64,000 bases of DNA. Origin: Eledone cirrhosa. Taxonomy: Eukaryota. Under the pieces are notes generated by a model. It was not told the DNA's origin. It saw only the letters and a list, made by a program, of their open reading frames with translations, and did not search any database. Made by a program: the position numbers and the translations under genes. Below, piece by piece: positions 39,554 through 52,202 of this stretch. The DNA lies in the NCBI GenBank assembly GCA_964016885.1, contig OZ024743.1, forward strand, positions 356,500,001 through 356,564,000, given 5' to 3'. How positions within the stretch are numbered: position 1 is the stretch's first letter; each line of letters starts with the position of its first letter.

Positions 39554-40133
39554 CATACATACACGCGCGTGCGCGCACTTATGACTGTTTGTGAGTGTGG
39601 TTATCTGCCTGTCTACTTCAATATATCTAAGTGTACTTATCTATTTAATAATTTACCAAGTCATTTATTACAAGTGAGAAACTAAAGTGAAGTTGAGCTG
39701 AGCTGTTAATGTGACAAAGATATATATCAAGATATCAGACAAAGATATACACGCACATACCTATGGAAGAAGAAAAATAAACATGCACGCACACGCACTA
39801 ACGCATGCGCAGAAAGACACAAAATGTAATGGTTCCTTAACTCCTAATGTCTTGAGCCTTTTAAAACTGGGGGAGCCCATACCTCTCAGGCTCATAACAC
39901 ATCTGATTTCTTGCAGAGAAAAAAAGAGAAAGTGATAAAGAGAGATAGTGAAAAGCAACCTCGTTATTACATTTATTGACTATGAAAGGATGAAAAGTAA
40001 AGCAAACCTCAACAGGATTTAAAGGTAGTATTTTTAATCTGACGCTCTAATGGCTCAGCCAATTCATTGCCTTACAGACATACATATATATAAAGGAAGT
40101 ATGTTTAGAAAATGGCAAGCGAAGTTCGAAAAT

Positions 40134-40444
40134 TTAAATAGAAATAGAAAGCTTCACCATAACATTTGACTAAATGATATAGTCTAATAACAGAGCATAT
40201 AAACCCACTGAGACCCCTTTTTTTCCATTCAGTGGCTTTATACACCCCATTATAGTTACGTCCCTTTACGATCTGAGTTCAAATCCCACCGAGGTTGACT
40301 TTGCCTTTCATCCTTACGGGGTCGATAAAATAAAGTACCAGTAATGCACTGGATAATTGTTGGCCTTGTGCCTAAAGTAGAAACAATTATTAGACTATAT
40401 AATTAAGTCAAATGTTATGGTGAAGCCTTCTATTTCTATTTCAA
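40134..40444. repeat. Foldback with 57-bp arms enclosing a truncated family 1 SINE (40255-40390, +)
   Basis: ttaaatagaaatagaaagcttcaccataacatttgact... versus ...agtcaaatgttatggtgaagccttctatttctatttcaa. Confidence 0.8.
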
Positions 40445-41046
40445 TATACATACAAATTTATAGCTCCGTCTGAGCAAGGTATGGCATGGCCAACTGGCCA
40501 GACTTCTCTCATGATGTGGACAAACCGACTAACCCATGCAAGCATAGAAAATGGACGCTAAACAGTAATGATGACAAACATCTCATAAGATGGTCAATAC
40601 TGATACATCAAAACCGGTTATATTTTATACATATTATATACATTATAAAACACTTTTTTTTTAGAGAATTGTTCCTCTCATTTTTTCAATAATGTTACTT
40701 TGACGAACCAAAGAAAAAAAGGAAACAGATCCTTAAATATATTTTCCGTGCTATTCCCAACTCCACCCTCTTTCTCTCTCTCTCTATATATATATACATA
40801 TATATACACACACACACGTCTCTGTTCTGTGTGTGTGTGTGTATACACACAGACACATATTTTCTTCTTGTTTGCAAATAGGTTAAAGTATTTCCAGTTC
40901 ATGGGCATGGCATCTTAGGAACACCTTAGTTATGGTGCCCTGGTACGAAACACTAAGTTACAGGACATAAACACATACTTAGACATACACACATATGTAT
41001 CATCCTTATCATTGCTGATTTACATGTTCTCCATGCTTACATGGCT

Positions 41047-41088
<42 letters not shown>

Positions 41089-41242
41089 TGCTGTCTCCTA
41101 AATTCCATACAAAAGGAATTGCTCCATGCAAGGTTATACAGAATTTGTAGACACATGCCCAGGTCACCGTGTAGTAGGTCAACTTGGGAACCACAGGGTT
41201 GCAAAGCAAATTCTTTAACTCCTACAGTAAAGATTATATATA

Positions 41243-41318
41243 CAGGGTACCCCAAAAAATGTATACGCACTTCAACAGCATTCTAATAAATGTGAGTATT
41301 CATTTTTGGGACACCCTG
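41243..41318. mobile_element. 76-bp Tc1/mariner-type MITE
   Basis: TA-cagggtaccccaaaaa ... tttttgggacaccctg-TA. Confidence 0.8.
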
Positions 41319-41331
41319 TATGTATATATAT

Positions 41332-41775
41332 AATCTGTAGTGGTTGTTTTTGTTACTGTTAAGTACATCTGACCTCTACCCTTATGTTGGGGTAGAGGTC
41401 AGATGTACTTAACAATAACAAAAACAACCACTACAGATTGCCTCACCTCAGAACGAATTTCTATAGACTTTTGACTGAGGAATGTTCTCACAACTGACCA
41501 ATGGGCAGAGAGGATGTCCTTTGATGCTGAAATTTGTTTGTTTAAATTCATATGATTCCAGTTCCTCAGTGAAATAACAACCCAACCAGGAACTGGGCAT
41601 ATCAGAGTATTGACAAAGTTAAACACCTCAACAACATGTGTACTCGTTTCTACCATACTAATTTGAACTGCCTGAAGAGGTCACAGCCAAAGATGGCTGT
41701 CACCGAAATATATATAGCAGTAATAAACGAAGCCAAATTTTAAATATTTGACTTATTTATTTTAGTTTATTTTAT
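41332..41775 (+). mobile_element. Non-coding Penelope-like fragment: 5' foldback, body, hammerhead, AATAAA, T-rich tail
   Basis: Near-perfect palindrome 41332-41439; ribozyme motif 41667-41721; TA repeats on both sides. Confidence 0.6.
41667..41721 (+). ncRNA. Minimal type I hammerhead ribozyme, intact core
   Basis: Stem I actgc/gcagt; CUGAAGA; stem II ggtcacagcc/ggctgtcacc; GAAA; palindromic stem III atatatat; predicted cleavage after AUA (41716). Confidence 0.8.
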
Positions 41776-41782
41776 ATATATA

Positions 41783-43066
41783 CTAGCAGAGGTACCCGGC
41801 GTTGCTCGGGTATTAAATAGCAGTTATGTATACCATTTATGTCAATACTTCAGTGCTGCTTCGAAAACTATACTTTTATAAACTCATCGACTTTTTCCAA
41901 AAGGAGGTTCCTGCCCTCAGGGGTCCCCTACTCAATATGTGCCAATTCTGAGAGTTCACATTCATCTGTAGAACAAACGTATCCCATGTGTCAAGTTTTG
42001 TGAAAATCGGTTGCGAACTCCAGAAGTTATGACGTTTTTTTTGCATTGCACTGCAGTGCTTCAGTCGACTCCAAGGAAGTGGTTAAAGGGCGTTATCCGC
42101 CGGGAGGCCCTATAATCAATATCTGGAAAAATGAAAGTGTCCATGACCATCCGGAGTACATGAGTAACCTATGTCTTAAGTTTGTTGAAAATACTGTTTA
42201 AATGCATAAGGTTTACACAGATGTGTATGTATTTGTGTGTGCGTATGTATAAGTATGTGTATGTTCGTCGGTGCATACGTATGTACTGGCCTAAATCTTC
42301 ACTATTTATTTTTACTATGTTAAGGCAAAGTAAAAATCCCGTCTAGGTTAACTTTGCCTTTCATCCTTACGGGGTCGATAAAATAAAGTACCAGTAATGT
42401 ACTGTTTAATTGCTGGCCTTGTGCCAAAAGTAGAAACAACTATTTTAATAACCTGTCATTTTCGTTTACAATTTTATTTACATCATTCTTAAACTCCGGG
42501 GCTGGAAATCATTCGGTTATTTTAAATAGAATATTAGGCTAACGACTCCATTTACACCATAAACTTGGTCTTCTCTTTGCATGAAATTGTTCTTCTCAGT
42601 CCACCGCGTCGTTTATACGTAACATAAATAGATAAGCAAATGACACCATAAAAGGGAAATAACTCGTCTCTCATCTCTATTTATACATTTGAACTGAAAA
42701 ATCAATACATTACAAATTCGATTTTTACACTTGGCGTGGGTCGATTTGAAAATTTATTTGACCGATGGTTCCGCCGGACCTTCATCTATAAGTGTAGCAA
42801 TTTCACCGAAATTTGAACGTACGGTTTAAGAGGAGATGTGTGCCGAAGGTTTTAGTAGAAAGACAGACAACCTCAGTTTTATATATATAGATGACATAAT
42901 CAAAAACAAGAAGAACTTATTTGAAAATTTATTTGACCGATGGTTCCGCCGGACCTTCATCTATAAGTGTAGCAATTTCACCGAAATTTGAACGTACGGT
43001 TTAAGAGGAGATGTGTGCCGAAGGTTTTAGTAGACAGACAGACAACCTCAGTTTTATATATATAGA
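41783..43066 (-). mobile_element. Non-autonomous Helitron with duplicated 5' end
   Basis: 3' CTAG at 41783-41786 with hairpin acccgagcaacgccgggt; 5' TCTATATATATAAAACTGAGG at both 42891 and 43066; contains a SINE fragment at 42345-42445. Confidence 0.8.
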
Positions 43067-43073
43067 TTATATA

Positions 43074-43130
<57 letters not shown>

Positions 43131-43134
<4 letters not shown>

Positions 43135-45609
43135 GGGTAGGTAAGGATGATGGGTTAGGGGGAGTAGGCATTTTCCCGGCTGAGATAACCTATCAATAAG
43201 ATAGGTAGGCAGGAGACTACTGTCAATCATCTCTGAATATGCACCCCAAGCAGGCCTAGGTAAAGAAGAGAAAGACTGCTTTTACGAGCAACTTTTACAA
43301 ACAGCCGCAATGACTGAGGACGGAGACATCGTTATGCTAGCAGGGGACTTTAATGGTTATGTTGGACAACTCCAGGATGGTTACACTGGGGTACATGGTG
43401 GGCAGGGTTACGGCTCAAGAAATGAAGGAGTGAGACTTCTTGAATTTTGTGATACAAGTACACTGACTATTTGCAACACTAACTTCCAGAAACCTGCCAA
43501 CCACCTAATAACCTACAAATCAGGCGAGCACATAAGCCAAATTGACTTCTTACTAGTTAAGTAGCGGGACAGGCAGATGGTTTCAAATAGCAAGGCATAC
43601 CCTGGGGAAGAATGTACCCCACAGCATAGGTTAGTTATTAGTGATATGTCAGTAAGCAAGAGATGGAATGAGACATACAGAATGGTGTGGAGAAGAAAGG
43701 TCTGGAAGCTAAAAGACCTTTCACTAAAATACAAATTTAGGAAAGCCCTTCAAGATGTGTATGATGAAAAAGAAGACGATTTAGAGTCGTATGACATAGA
43801 TAATAACTGGAATTTCTTACGTGACAACTTACTGCAGGCTACTGATGAAACTTGTGGCTGGAGCAGAACTCCAACCAGACAGAGAGTGACCTGGTGGTGG
43901 AACAGCACAGTAGATAGGGCCATTAGAGACAAAGGACTAGCATGGAAGGCTTGGAAAAGGGGGGGGGGAGAAGAGAAGGATATACAGCCGCTAAGAGAGA
44001 AACTAGACGTCAGGTGTACTTAGCACGCAGGGAGGCTGAGAGTAGGAGGTTTGCCAATGTTCTGCGACGAGAAGATCAGAGACGTGTGGTGTTCCACATT
44101 GCAAGGCAGTGTGTCAATGCTAATCAGGATGTTGTTGGAGATGTGTCCGGAATGATGCCGGTGTACTTAGTGTCACAAATGATCAGAAAAAGGAGGCCTG
44201 GAAATGTAATTATGAGAGACTGATGAATGTGGAGAACGAATGGGAAAGAGAGAAATTACCCTCAGTAGATGCAACAGAGGGACCAGCTATTGAGATTGAC
44301 AAATATAGCGTCCAAGAGGCAATTAAGGAAATGAAAAACGGTAAGGCTACTGGACCGTCGGGGATAGTTGCTGAGATGCTGAAGGCATCAGAGGACGTAG
44401 GCACTAAACTGATTAAACACATCATCAATTAGGCTATATATGGGGGTGTCATACCCAAAGACTGGTGCAGCAGTATTCTCATAAATTGCTACAAAGGTAA
44501 AGGGGATGTTCTGCAATTATAGGGGTCTAAAACTGATGGATCAGGTTATGAAAGTGGCAAAAAGGATATTAGCACAACTAATTAGAGAAAGGGTCAAACT
44601 AGATGAGATGCAGTTTGGTTTTGTGCCTGGGGAAAGTACAACAGATGCCCTATTCTTGGTGAGACAATTACAAGAGAGGTTCTTAGAGAAGAATAAGCCA
44701 CTATACCTAGCCTTTGTTGACCTAGAGAAGGCCTTTGATAGGGTACCCCAATCTGTCATCTGGTGGTCCCTAAGGAGACTAGGTGTTGAGGAATGGCTTG
44801 TGAGGACAGTGAAAACTTTGTACAGAGGTGCTATCAGTAAAGTCAGGGTAGGAATGGAGTTTAGTGAGGAATTCCAGATACAAGTAGGAGTACACCAAGG
44901 TTCGGTCCTCAGCCCGCTCTTGTTCATTATAGTCCTCCAAGCCATAACAGAGGAGTTTAAGACTGGCTGTCCATGGGAACTTCTCTATGCTGACGATCTG
45001 GTTCTTATAGCAGAATCAGTAGAAGATCTAGAGAATAAATTCTGGCTATGGAAACAGCAGTTGGAAGCAAGAGGACTGAGAGTGAACCTAGCTAAGACAC
45101 TGCTGACAAAGAAGGGTTTCTCCCTGCGTACGGAAGGCCGGTTATATGATGCCTGTGTGAGGAGCATCATGTTGCATGGTAGAGAGACTTGGGCAGCAAC
45201 TGCAGAGGGTATGTGACGGCTGGAGAGAAATGAGGCAAGTATGCTCCGTTCGATGTGCAATGTCAATGTGCGTGAACGACCCAGCATGGATGTGTTGAGA
45301 GAGAAACTGTGTCTGAGAGGGATAGAATGTAGTGCACGAGAGAGGAGACTGCGGTGGTATGGACATGTGATGTGCATGGAGGATGACCGATGGGTAAAGA
45401 AGTGCCAGGAAATGCCAGTAGAAGGAAGATGTGGAAGAGGTAGACCACGAAAAACATGGGTGGAGGTGGTGAGAACAGACCTCAGATCGCTGAAGCTCAC
45501 GGTGGAGATGACGAAGGACCGTGACAAGTGGAGAGAGGCTGTGTTGAATAAGACCTCTCCCACCCTTGCAAGCAGGGAAAAGCGGACATAAAATGATGAT
45601 GATGATGAT
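43131..45609 (+). mobile_element. RTE-clade LINE family C, degraded copy
   Basis: APE (GDFNGYVG, PQHR) and RT (YADD) fragments with stops and frameshifts; deletion at 45099/45100; ORF runs directly into (GAT)n. Confidence 0.93.
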
Positions 45610-46031
45610 ATTATATACGTATACATACATACACAAACTCAGATATGTATGTCTAACTAAAGTAAAAAAGTGATTGATAAGAATACACATGAATTTAATT
45701 GAGAACGAACAGAAAAAACAATAACATCCATATATATATATATATATATATAAACACACGTCATGCCATCTACCATTGATGAATGGATGACAGATAAAAT
45801 ATATACATCCAAACATCACTTACAAATATATTCTCCCTACACACAATAAACTTATTCAAAACACTTCCCCTTTGCCCCACTCTCTGTATCTCTATCCATC
45901 TCTGCAATGTGTTCAGATATTCCTGCATTAAATGTTAATACTTTCTTCTGTATTACAGAATTAGCAGTATGTTGTACAGACACAGAGACAGGTAGAAGAT
46001 TAGAAGAATGGATATATATATATATATATAT

Positions 46032-47292
46032 CATCATCATCATCATCATCAACGTTTAACGTCCGTGTTCCACGCTTGCATGGGTTTGGACGGGGGTAGT
46101 CCCACTTGAGGCAAGAGTGATTGTCTTGCTCGCATAGGACTGTCTGGCAGGTTTTCTACAGTTGGATGCCCTTCCTAACACCAACCACATTTACAGTGTG
46201 GGTCTGGGAGGTTTTTACCGTGTTGCCTACACGGCCACATTACAGCGTGGACTGTGTGTTTTTTTGTCGTGACACCTACACGATCTCATTTGTTTCGGCC
46301 TCGATGGCGCGGCACCAACATAACTTTACATAGAACGGGGTGGTGTGGATCGGGTGGGGGTGGTGGGACGGGGTGTATTTGTTAGAGATGCCTACTGGCT
46401 GGAGTAGGTTTTACTATATATTTAGGTAAGGCGGGTCTTCTCTGTTACTGAGTACCGCCAAAGGTCTCGGTCCAGTGACATTGTCTTGGAGAGGTGTAAG
46501 TGTGTGATGTCGGAGTTTATCAGCTCGTCCCAGGTTTTTCTAGGTCTGCCTATTCCGTGACTACCGTCTATCTTTATTGCCCTGCACTTTGTTATACAGC
46601 TATCGACTTTCATGCGCATCACGTGTCCATACCAACGTAGCCTTCTCTCGAGTAAACAACATCTGATCCCTCTTATCTCTAATTTATTCCTTAGTTCGTT
46701 TATGCTTTGCCGTTCACGTATATTACTGTTACACATCCAGCGGAGCATGCAAGCTTCGTTCCTCTCTAGTCTGCGTATATCCTCTGCACACAATGCCCAG
46801 GTCTCACTGCCATGCAGCATTGCTGTTCGTATGCAGGCATCGTACAACCTGCCTTTCATTTTTAGTGAGAACCCTTTAGCAGCTAATAGTGGTATAAGCT
46901 CTCTGAACTTTTTCCAACCAGTTCTGACTCTAGCTACAGTACTTTCAGAGCACCCTCCCCCACTGCTGATTTTATCGCCCAGGTAACGGAAGCTGTCCAC
47001 TATTTCTATAGAACCCTCTGCGCAATTGAAAGAGCTAGTAGTTTGTGGGCACTTGCTGCTACTTATTGCACCAGAGCACCGGCCACATGTAAAATCTATG
47101 TTCTTAGTTAGCCTACCTGTGATCCCACTACATCTTTTATGCACCCATACTTTGCATTTAGGACATAAAATGGAGTTTCTACCTACGCCTTTCCTACACA
47201 CCGAGCACGACCATTTCCCAGAAGGGACCGCCGCCTTGTTTTCTTTCCTACAAACTAGTACTTTGGTCTTAGCCAGGTTAATTTTAAGTCCT
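46032..47292 (-). mobile_element. RTE-B young 5'-truncated copy
   Basis: Almost identical to 34602-35871; ORF 46422-47201 includes the zinc finger. Confidence 0.95.
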
Positions 47293-47453
47293 TTATATAA
47301 TTTTAAGTCCTATATATATATATATATACATATATACAAATCAGGATGAATTCAGTTTGAAATTGGTTAGACTATTACTCACCAGAGTACTCAATATATA
47401 TATATATGATCTCCCGACCAATCCTGCATCAAATGGAACAAAACCGTCTAACC

Positions 47454-47606
47454 CAGTGGTTCTCAACCGGGGTCCAATTGGACCCTGGAGGTCCACAGGC
47501 AAAAATTAGAATAAGCTTTTCTTTTGTCGAATAGCTATCAGGGGGTCCACCCCCAAAAAAATAAGGGAAAAGGGGTTCATGAGTAATAAAAGGTTGAGAA
47601 CCACTG
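47454..47606. mobile_element. hAT-type MITE inserted in an RTE-like tail
   Basis: Perfect 15-bp TIR cagtggttctcaacc; perfect 8-bp TSD gtctaacc. Confidence 0.92.
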
Positions 47607-47659
47607 GTCTAACCCATGCTAGCGTGGAAGATGGACGTTAAACAATGATGATATATATA

Positions 47660-47980
47660 TCATCATCGTTTTTACGTCCACTTTTCCAAGCTTGCATTTG
47701 TTGGATGGGTCCTTCTCAGCACGGCATCACTCCACAACTTGTGATCCTTTGTCATCCCCTTTGTGAGTTTCAGAGATTTGAGGTCAGCTCTCTCAACCCT
47801 TTGCCCAGGTCTTTCTTGGTCTACCTCTAACACGTCTTCATTCCATTGGCATTTCATGGCACTTTTTCACTCAACAATCAATGCCCATGTGCATCACATG
47901 TCCAAATCAACACTCTTCCCTCCTGCACACCACCTCGAATTCCTCTTAAACCCAGCTTCTCCTTCAACTTGTCCAAGCTA
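47660..47980 (-). mobile_element. Old RTE-C-like 3' fragment
   Basis: ...ADLKSLKLTKGMTKDHKLWSDAVLRRTHPT, plus tail. Confidence 0.8.
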
Positions 47981-48100
47981 TGCCTGAGTCAACTCTTTTT
48001 ATTACATATTTAACTCTATACCCAGTAGTCCTTTTCACAGCAAATGTTATTCATTTATCAACAAGACCAACATACACATACACATGTTGGTGTTTGTCTA

Positions 48101-48145
<45 letters not shown>

Positions 48146-48190
48146 TAAGAGGGAGAGAGAGATTTAGAGAGTGCAAGAAAGTGATAGACC

Positions 48191-48247
<57 letters not shown>

Positions 48248-48654
48248 TGAAAGACACAGAGAGAGATTGGAAAATAGAGAACAAGAGAAAGACATATATA
48301 TAGATACAGAGAGAGACACAGACAGATTAAAAGATATAAATTGATAGATAGATATCTGTGACCACTTACAATTAGAAATTGATTAATCAAACCAACGTTA
48401 GACAAAACAGCACAACAGCAACAACAACAGCATCAACAACTCTAATATTTCATATTGAAGAATCATGAAGGAGAAAAATCATGTAAAGAGTTTGTACTCC
48501 TCATCTATTAGAAATATACGTGTTAGTTCTTTAATTAGGGTTTGCATATTTTTGTTGTAGACAGTTTTCATTCATCACATAGGAAATTTGCTATACATGA
48601 ATGTGTGTGTAGATCATATATACATGAATATCGTCATCATCATCATCTATGCAT

Positions 48655-48689
48655 ACACACATATATAATATATATATATATATATGCAC

Positions 48690-48725
<36 letters not shown>

Positions 48726-48960
48726 GTACATATATATATATATATATATACACATGTACATATATATATATATATATATATACACATGTACATATATATA
48801 TATATATATATATATACACATGTACATATATATATATATATATATATACACATGTACATATATATATATATACATATATATATACACATGTACATATATA
48901 TATATATACATATATATATACACATGTACATATATATATATATACATATGTATATATACA

Positions 48961-49003
<43 letters not shown>

Positions 49004-49035
49004 GTACATATATATATAAATATATTTATATATAT
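48655..49035. repeat. (TA)n array punctuated by cacatgtaca
   Basis: Seen directly. Confidence 0.9.
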
Positions 49036-49159
49036 GATGGCTGCCTCCTCATTATCGAGTATGGCCATTGCACGATAAACCATTATTAATAATTATTAAT
49101 TAATTCTATCGTGCAATGCCTGTGCACGAAGATATTTTCTAAAGTGAGGAAAGACTGTG

Positions 49160-49563
49160 CACTGAGCCAATCCCACTCTCTGAGCGACAGTAGCTATAAC
49201 CCGAAAAGAAGAAAAGATCAACAACATCGGTAACTACTGAGCCACAGGTTTTATGTCGGAGTTATCCCAGTTTCCTGAGTTGCCTTCTCCTAGAAGAATG
49301 CCCTGACAAAGGGATCCTTCACTCCCAGTGGTTTAACCGGGTGGTACATGTCTATATACATATTTACACAATTTCAGATGGCCGTTGACTCTTATGAGTT
49401 CTTCCGCCCTTTGTCAGGTTTTGTTTTTTGTCCTACAGGGTGTCCAAAATCCCCCCCCTCACCAAGTAAACTTGGCAGGGTGACCGGTTTAGTCGCCGGC
49501 GACCCGTCCATGCGACAAGTTGTACTGGGTTACATGTTACCAGTAGCACTCAAGAGTGACCCG
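49160..49563 (-). mobile_element. Two GC-rich fragments resembling RTE 5'UTR-derived non-autonomous elements
   Basis: 'tctaggagaaggcaactc' on the minus strand resembles 'tctaggagagctaccactct' at the 5' end of the RTE-C copy (62878-62900). Confidence 0.4.
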
Positions 49564-49994
49564 ACATATATATATATATATATATATACACTCACATATA
49601 TAAATAAACATATATAACACATACACACATTTGTCAAATCGATGGGAGAGTCCATCATATACATATATATACACATACACACGTGTGTGTAGGTGTGTGT
49701 AGTATATATATAGCAATATCCATTGATGTGAAAATGAAAAAGGGAAACAGTGCCCAATAAGGCATATATTATTAATTTATGTTCATACACGGAATAAAAT
49801 CGCTACCCAGAATTTATAAAATGCTTTTAACGGTATCTTATAAATTTGTATTAGTACCTGAAGATAGGTCACTATTTTGATACCTCTTTATATATATATA
49901 TAAGGAACGATCGACTTTCGTCAAATCGGACCGAGGGAACAATGTTTCCGTTGGTCTTTCCAATTGCTAATACTATCTATCGGTCGCAACTCCA

Positions 49995-50119
49995 GGTAGA
50001 AGGAGCAACGTGAAATAAAGTGTCTTGCTCAAGTACATAACGCATCGTCTGGTCCAGAAATCGAACTCACAACCTTACGATTGCGAATCCAATTCTCTAA
50101 CCACTCAGCCACACGCCTT

Positions 50120-50121
<2 letters not shown>
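49995..50121 (-). mobile_element. SINE family 2 head fragment
   Basis: gaaggcgtgtggctgagtggttagag...gagttcgatttc...cttgagcaagacacttt. Confidence 0.8.
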
Positions 50122-50163
<42 letters not shown>

Positions 50164-50264
50164 AGAAGCAAAGAAAATTTCAGGTATACTCCGGCTTGAT
50201 ATAGAGTTTCGGGGTGAAAATCCAACAGATTTGAGAGGTCCACGTAAGCATTGATATATATATG

Positions 50265-50574
50265 TATGTAAAAGGTAAACAGAAATAACAACACAATCGG
50301 TACAGTATATGGAAGGAATATATTAGGTTAACACTTTAAATAGCAGGAAGAGGGTCTTAACGTTTTGGACACTAGTCCTTCATCAGAAGAAAGAATGAGA
50401 GATAAGATAGATTGAAGGGATAGGCAAGTTGGAATTGGAAAAAAATGTCTTTAGATAAAAATAACAGGTCCATTCATGTTCACATCTCCCCCTTCCTGCT
50501 CTTTCAAGCATTAACCTAATATATTCCTTTCATATACTGTACCAATTGTGTTGTTTCTATTTACCTTTTACATA
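50265..50574 (-). mobile_element. Foldback element with decayed hammerhead (50355-50390)
   Basis: Arms 50265-50354 / 50488-50574; minus strand tctt-CTGATGA-aggactagtgtcc-aAAA-cgtt-aaga. Confidence 0.65.
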
Positions 50575-50582
50575 TATATATA

Positions 50583-51684
50583 TCTATATATTAATTTCAA
50601 CAACGTCAGTATTCCGTGTGTCATAATTCTCGATTATCATTGGTTCATAGGTTTCAAACGACTCCGCCCACCTCAACGACGCCAAACTTAGATTAATACG
50701 CATAATGCCAATGAGGGAGTGAGAGGGGAGAGTAAGCAACAGAGAGGCAAAGTGAACGCTGTAACTATTACAATGTGTGCTTGTGTATGTACGTGCGCAT
50801 ATGTTTAGGTGTGTGTGCGTGCGTGCAGCATTCCACAGAAAGTAAAAACTATCAACATGTGTAAGTGCACGGGTGCATGTGTAAGTTTGCGTACGTGTGT
50901 GCGTTTCCATGCGTGTATGTGTGTGTGTACGTGGGACGTTCCACAATCGCCACGCAGTTCATCTGTCTGTGTGACTGTCTGTCAGTCTAACATACACAGA
51001 GTTGTGAAGGGAGTAAATAGGGACCTTTTTTTACATTGACAGACATCTTTAATATTTATTATTGTCTCATTTTTTGACAATTGCTCGAAAGGATACTGAT
51101 AATAAAAGCAATTCGACTTTATCAAACAGTGAACTACAGTGGCGACGGCATGCATCCAGGAATGAAGGAAAACGGGCCGAACAGCGCCATCAGAACGCCA
51201 AACTTCAGAGGCGAAGACGTACTGCCATGAATGAAGAGGAGCTGGCTGAACAACGCCAACGAAACACTGGAGCCAAGCAGCGACGGCGTGCTGCAATGGT
51301 TCAAGACGAACTGGCTGAGCATCATCTTTTATATTAATTATCTATATCTACATATAATATAAAAGATTGGAACTTCCATCATCCTTTTGAGAAACGTGGA
51401 ACAACCACGTCTATGCAATGATACACGTTTTACAGTCAGGCTGAAGATGAACCATCTCCTAGAGGTCACTATTCCAGATGGGAGCAGCTAGAATTGTTCA
51501 TATACTATGCACAAACGGTACAACGAAGAATCTGGTATATCTGGAAGATTTTTTTTTACTATTTTCTGTATCACACAGACACCACGGACTCGCCTCATAC
51601 TGTAACCAGACAAACATCCAATAGAGTCATTTTCTGTTTTACCTATCTTCTCTTATCATCTGTTTACCCGGGCGAAGCTGGGTA
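50583..51684 (+). mobile_element. Internally deleted Helitron with RepHel remnants
   Basis: 5' TCTATATATT; 23-aa Arg/Glu-rich repeats (51130-51320); Pif1-type helicase remnant KIGTSIILLRNVEQPRLCNDTRF (51363-51482) and TKNLVY; 3' hairpin acccgggcgaagctgggt. Confidence 0.8.
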
Positions 51685-52202
51685 CGTCCCACCCTTGCAA
51701 GCAAGGAAAAAGCGGACATAAAATGAAATGATGATGATGATGATATATATACATACAATGCATTTCCTATTTCAGTCATAATGATATAAAAAAAGTTTTT
51801 GCTTTCAATTCACAGGGGTCTGGGTTCTAACCCTACATTTGTACCAGTAAGTAATTATTCCACATGTCATCAATATAAACTATGGGGTCTCTCTTATGCA
51901 AACCAATAATTTATCAAAATGCAACTTTCCCAGTTTGTATGGTGGTGGTAATCTCCTTTACTTCTGTGATGAAAGTAAGTAATAATAACAGTGAGTCTAA
52001 ATACAACAAAAATATGAGAAAGTATATTCAATCATTGCTAGCCTAATGATAGAGGGCCCGATTTGTTTGGTTGTTCATATATCCAGTAATCACAGTATAT
52101 ATGGCACACCAATCCTGGACTTCAAATATTAAATAATTTCAATGCTATCGACATCATTATTGACAGCATAGGTTTACTTGTGTGTGTGTATATATATATA
52201 TA

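Noticed and set aside
45091-45110. In-frame loss of the zinc finger in one RTE-C copy, suggesting an intron or intein
   Set aside because: The deletion also removes the YLG motif and flanking RT sequence, has no GT-AG ends, and similar random deletions occur at 17554 and 62317
49854-49885. gtac-CTGAAGA-taggtc hammerhead start
   Set aside because: No GAAA or stem I partner; truncated by (TA)n
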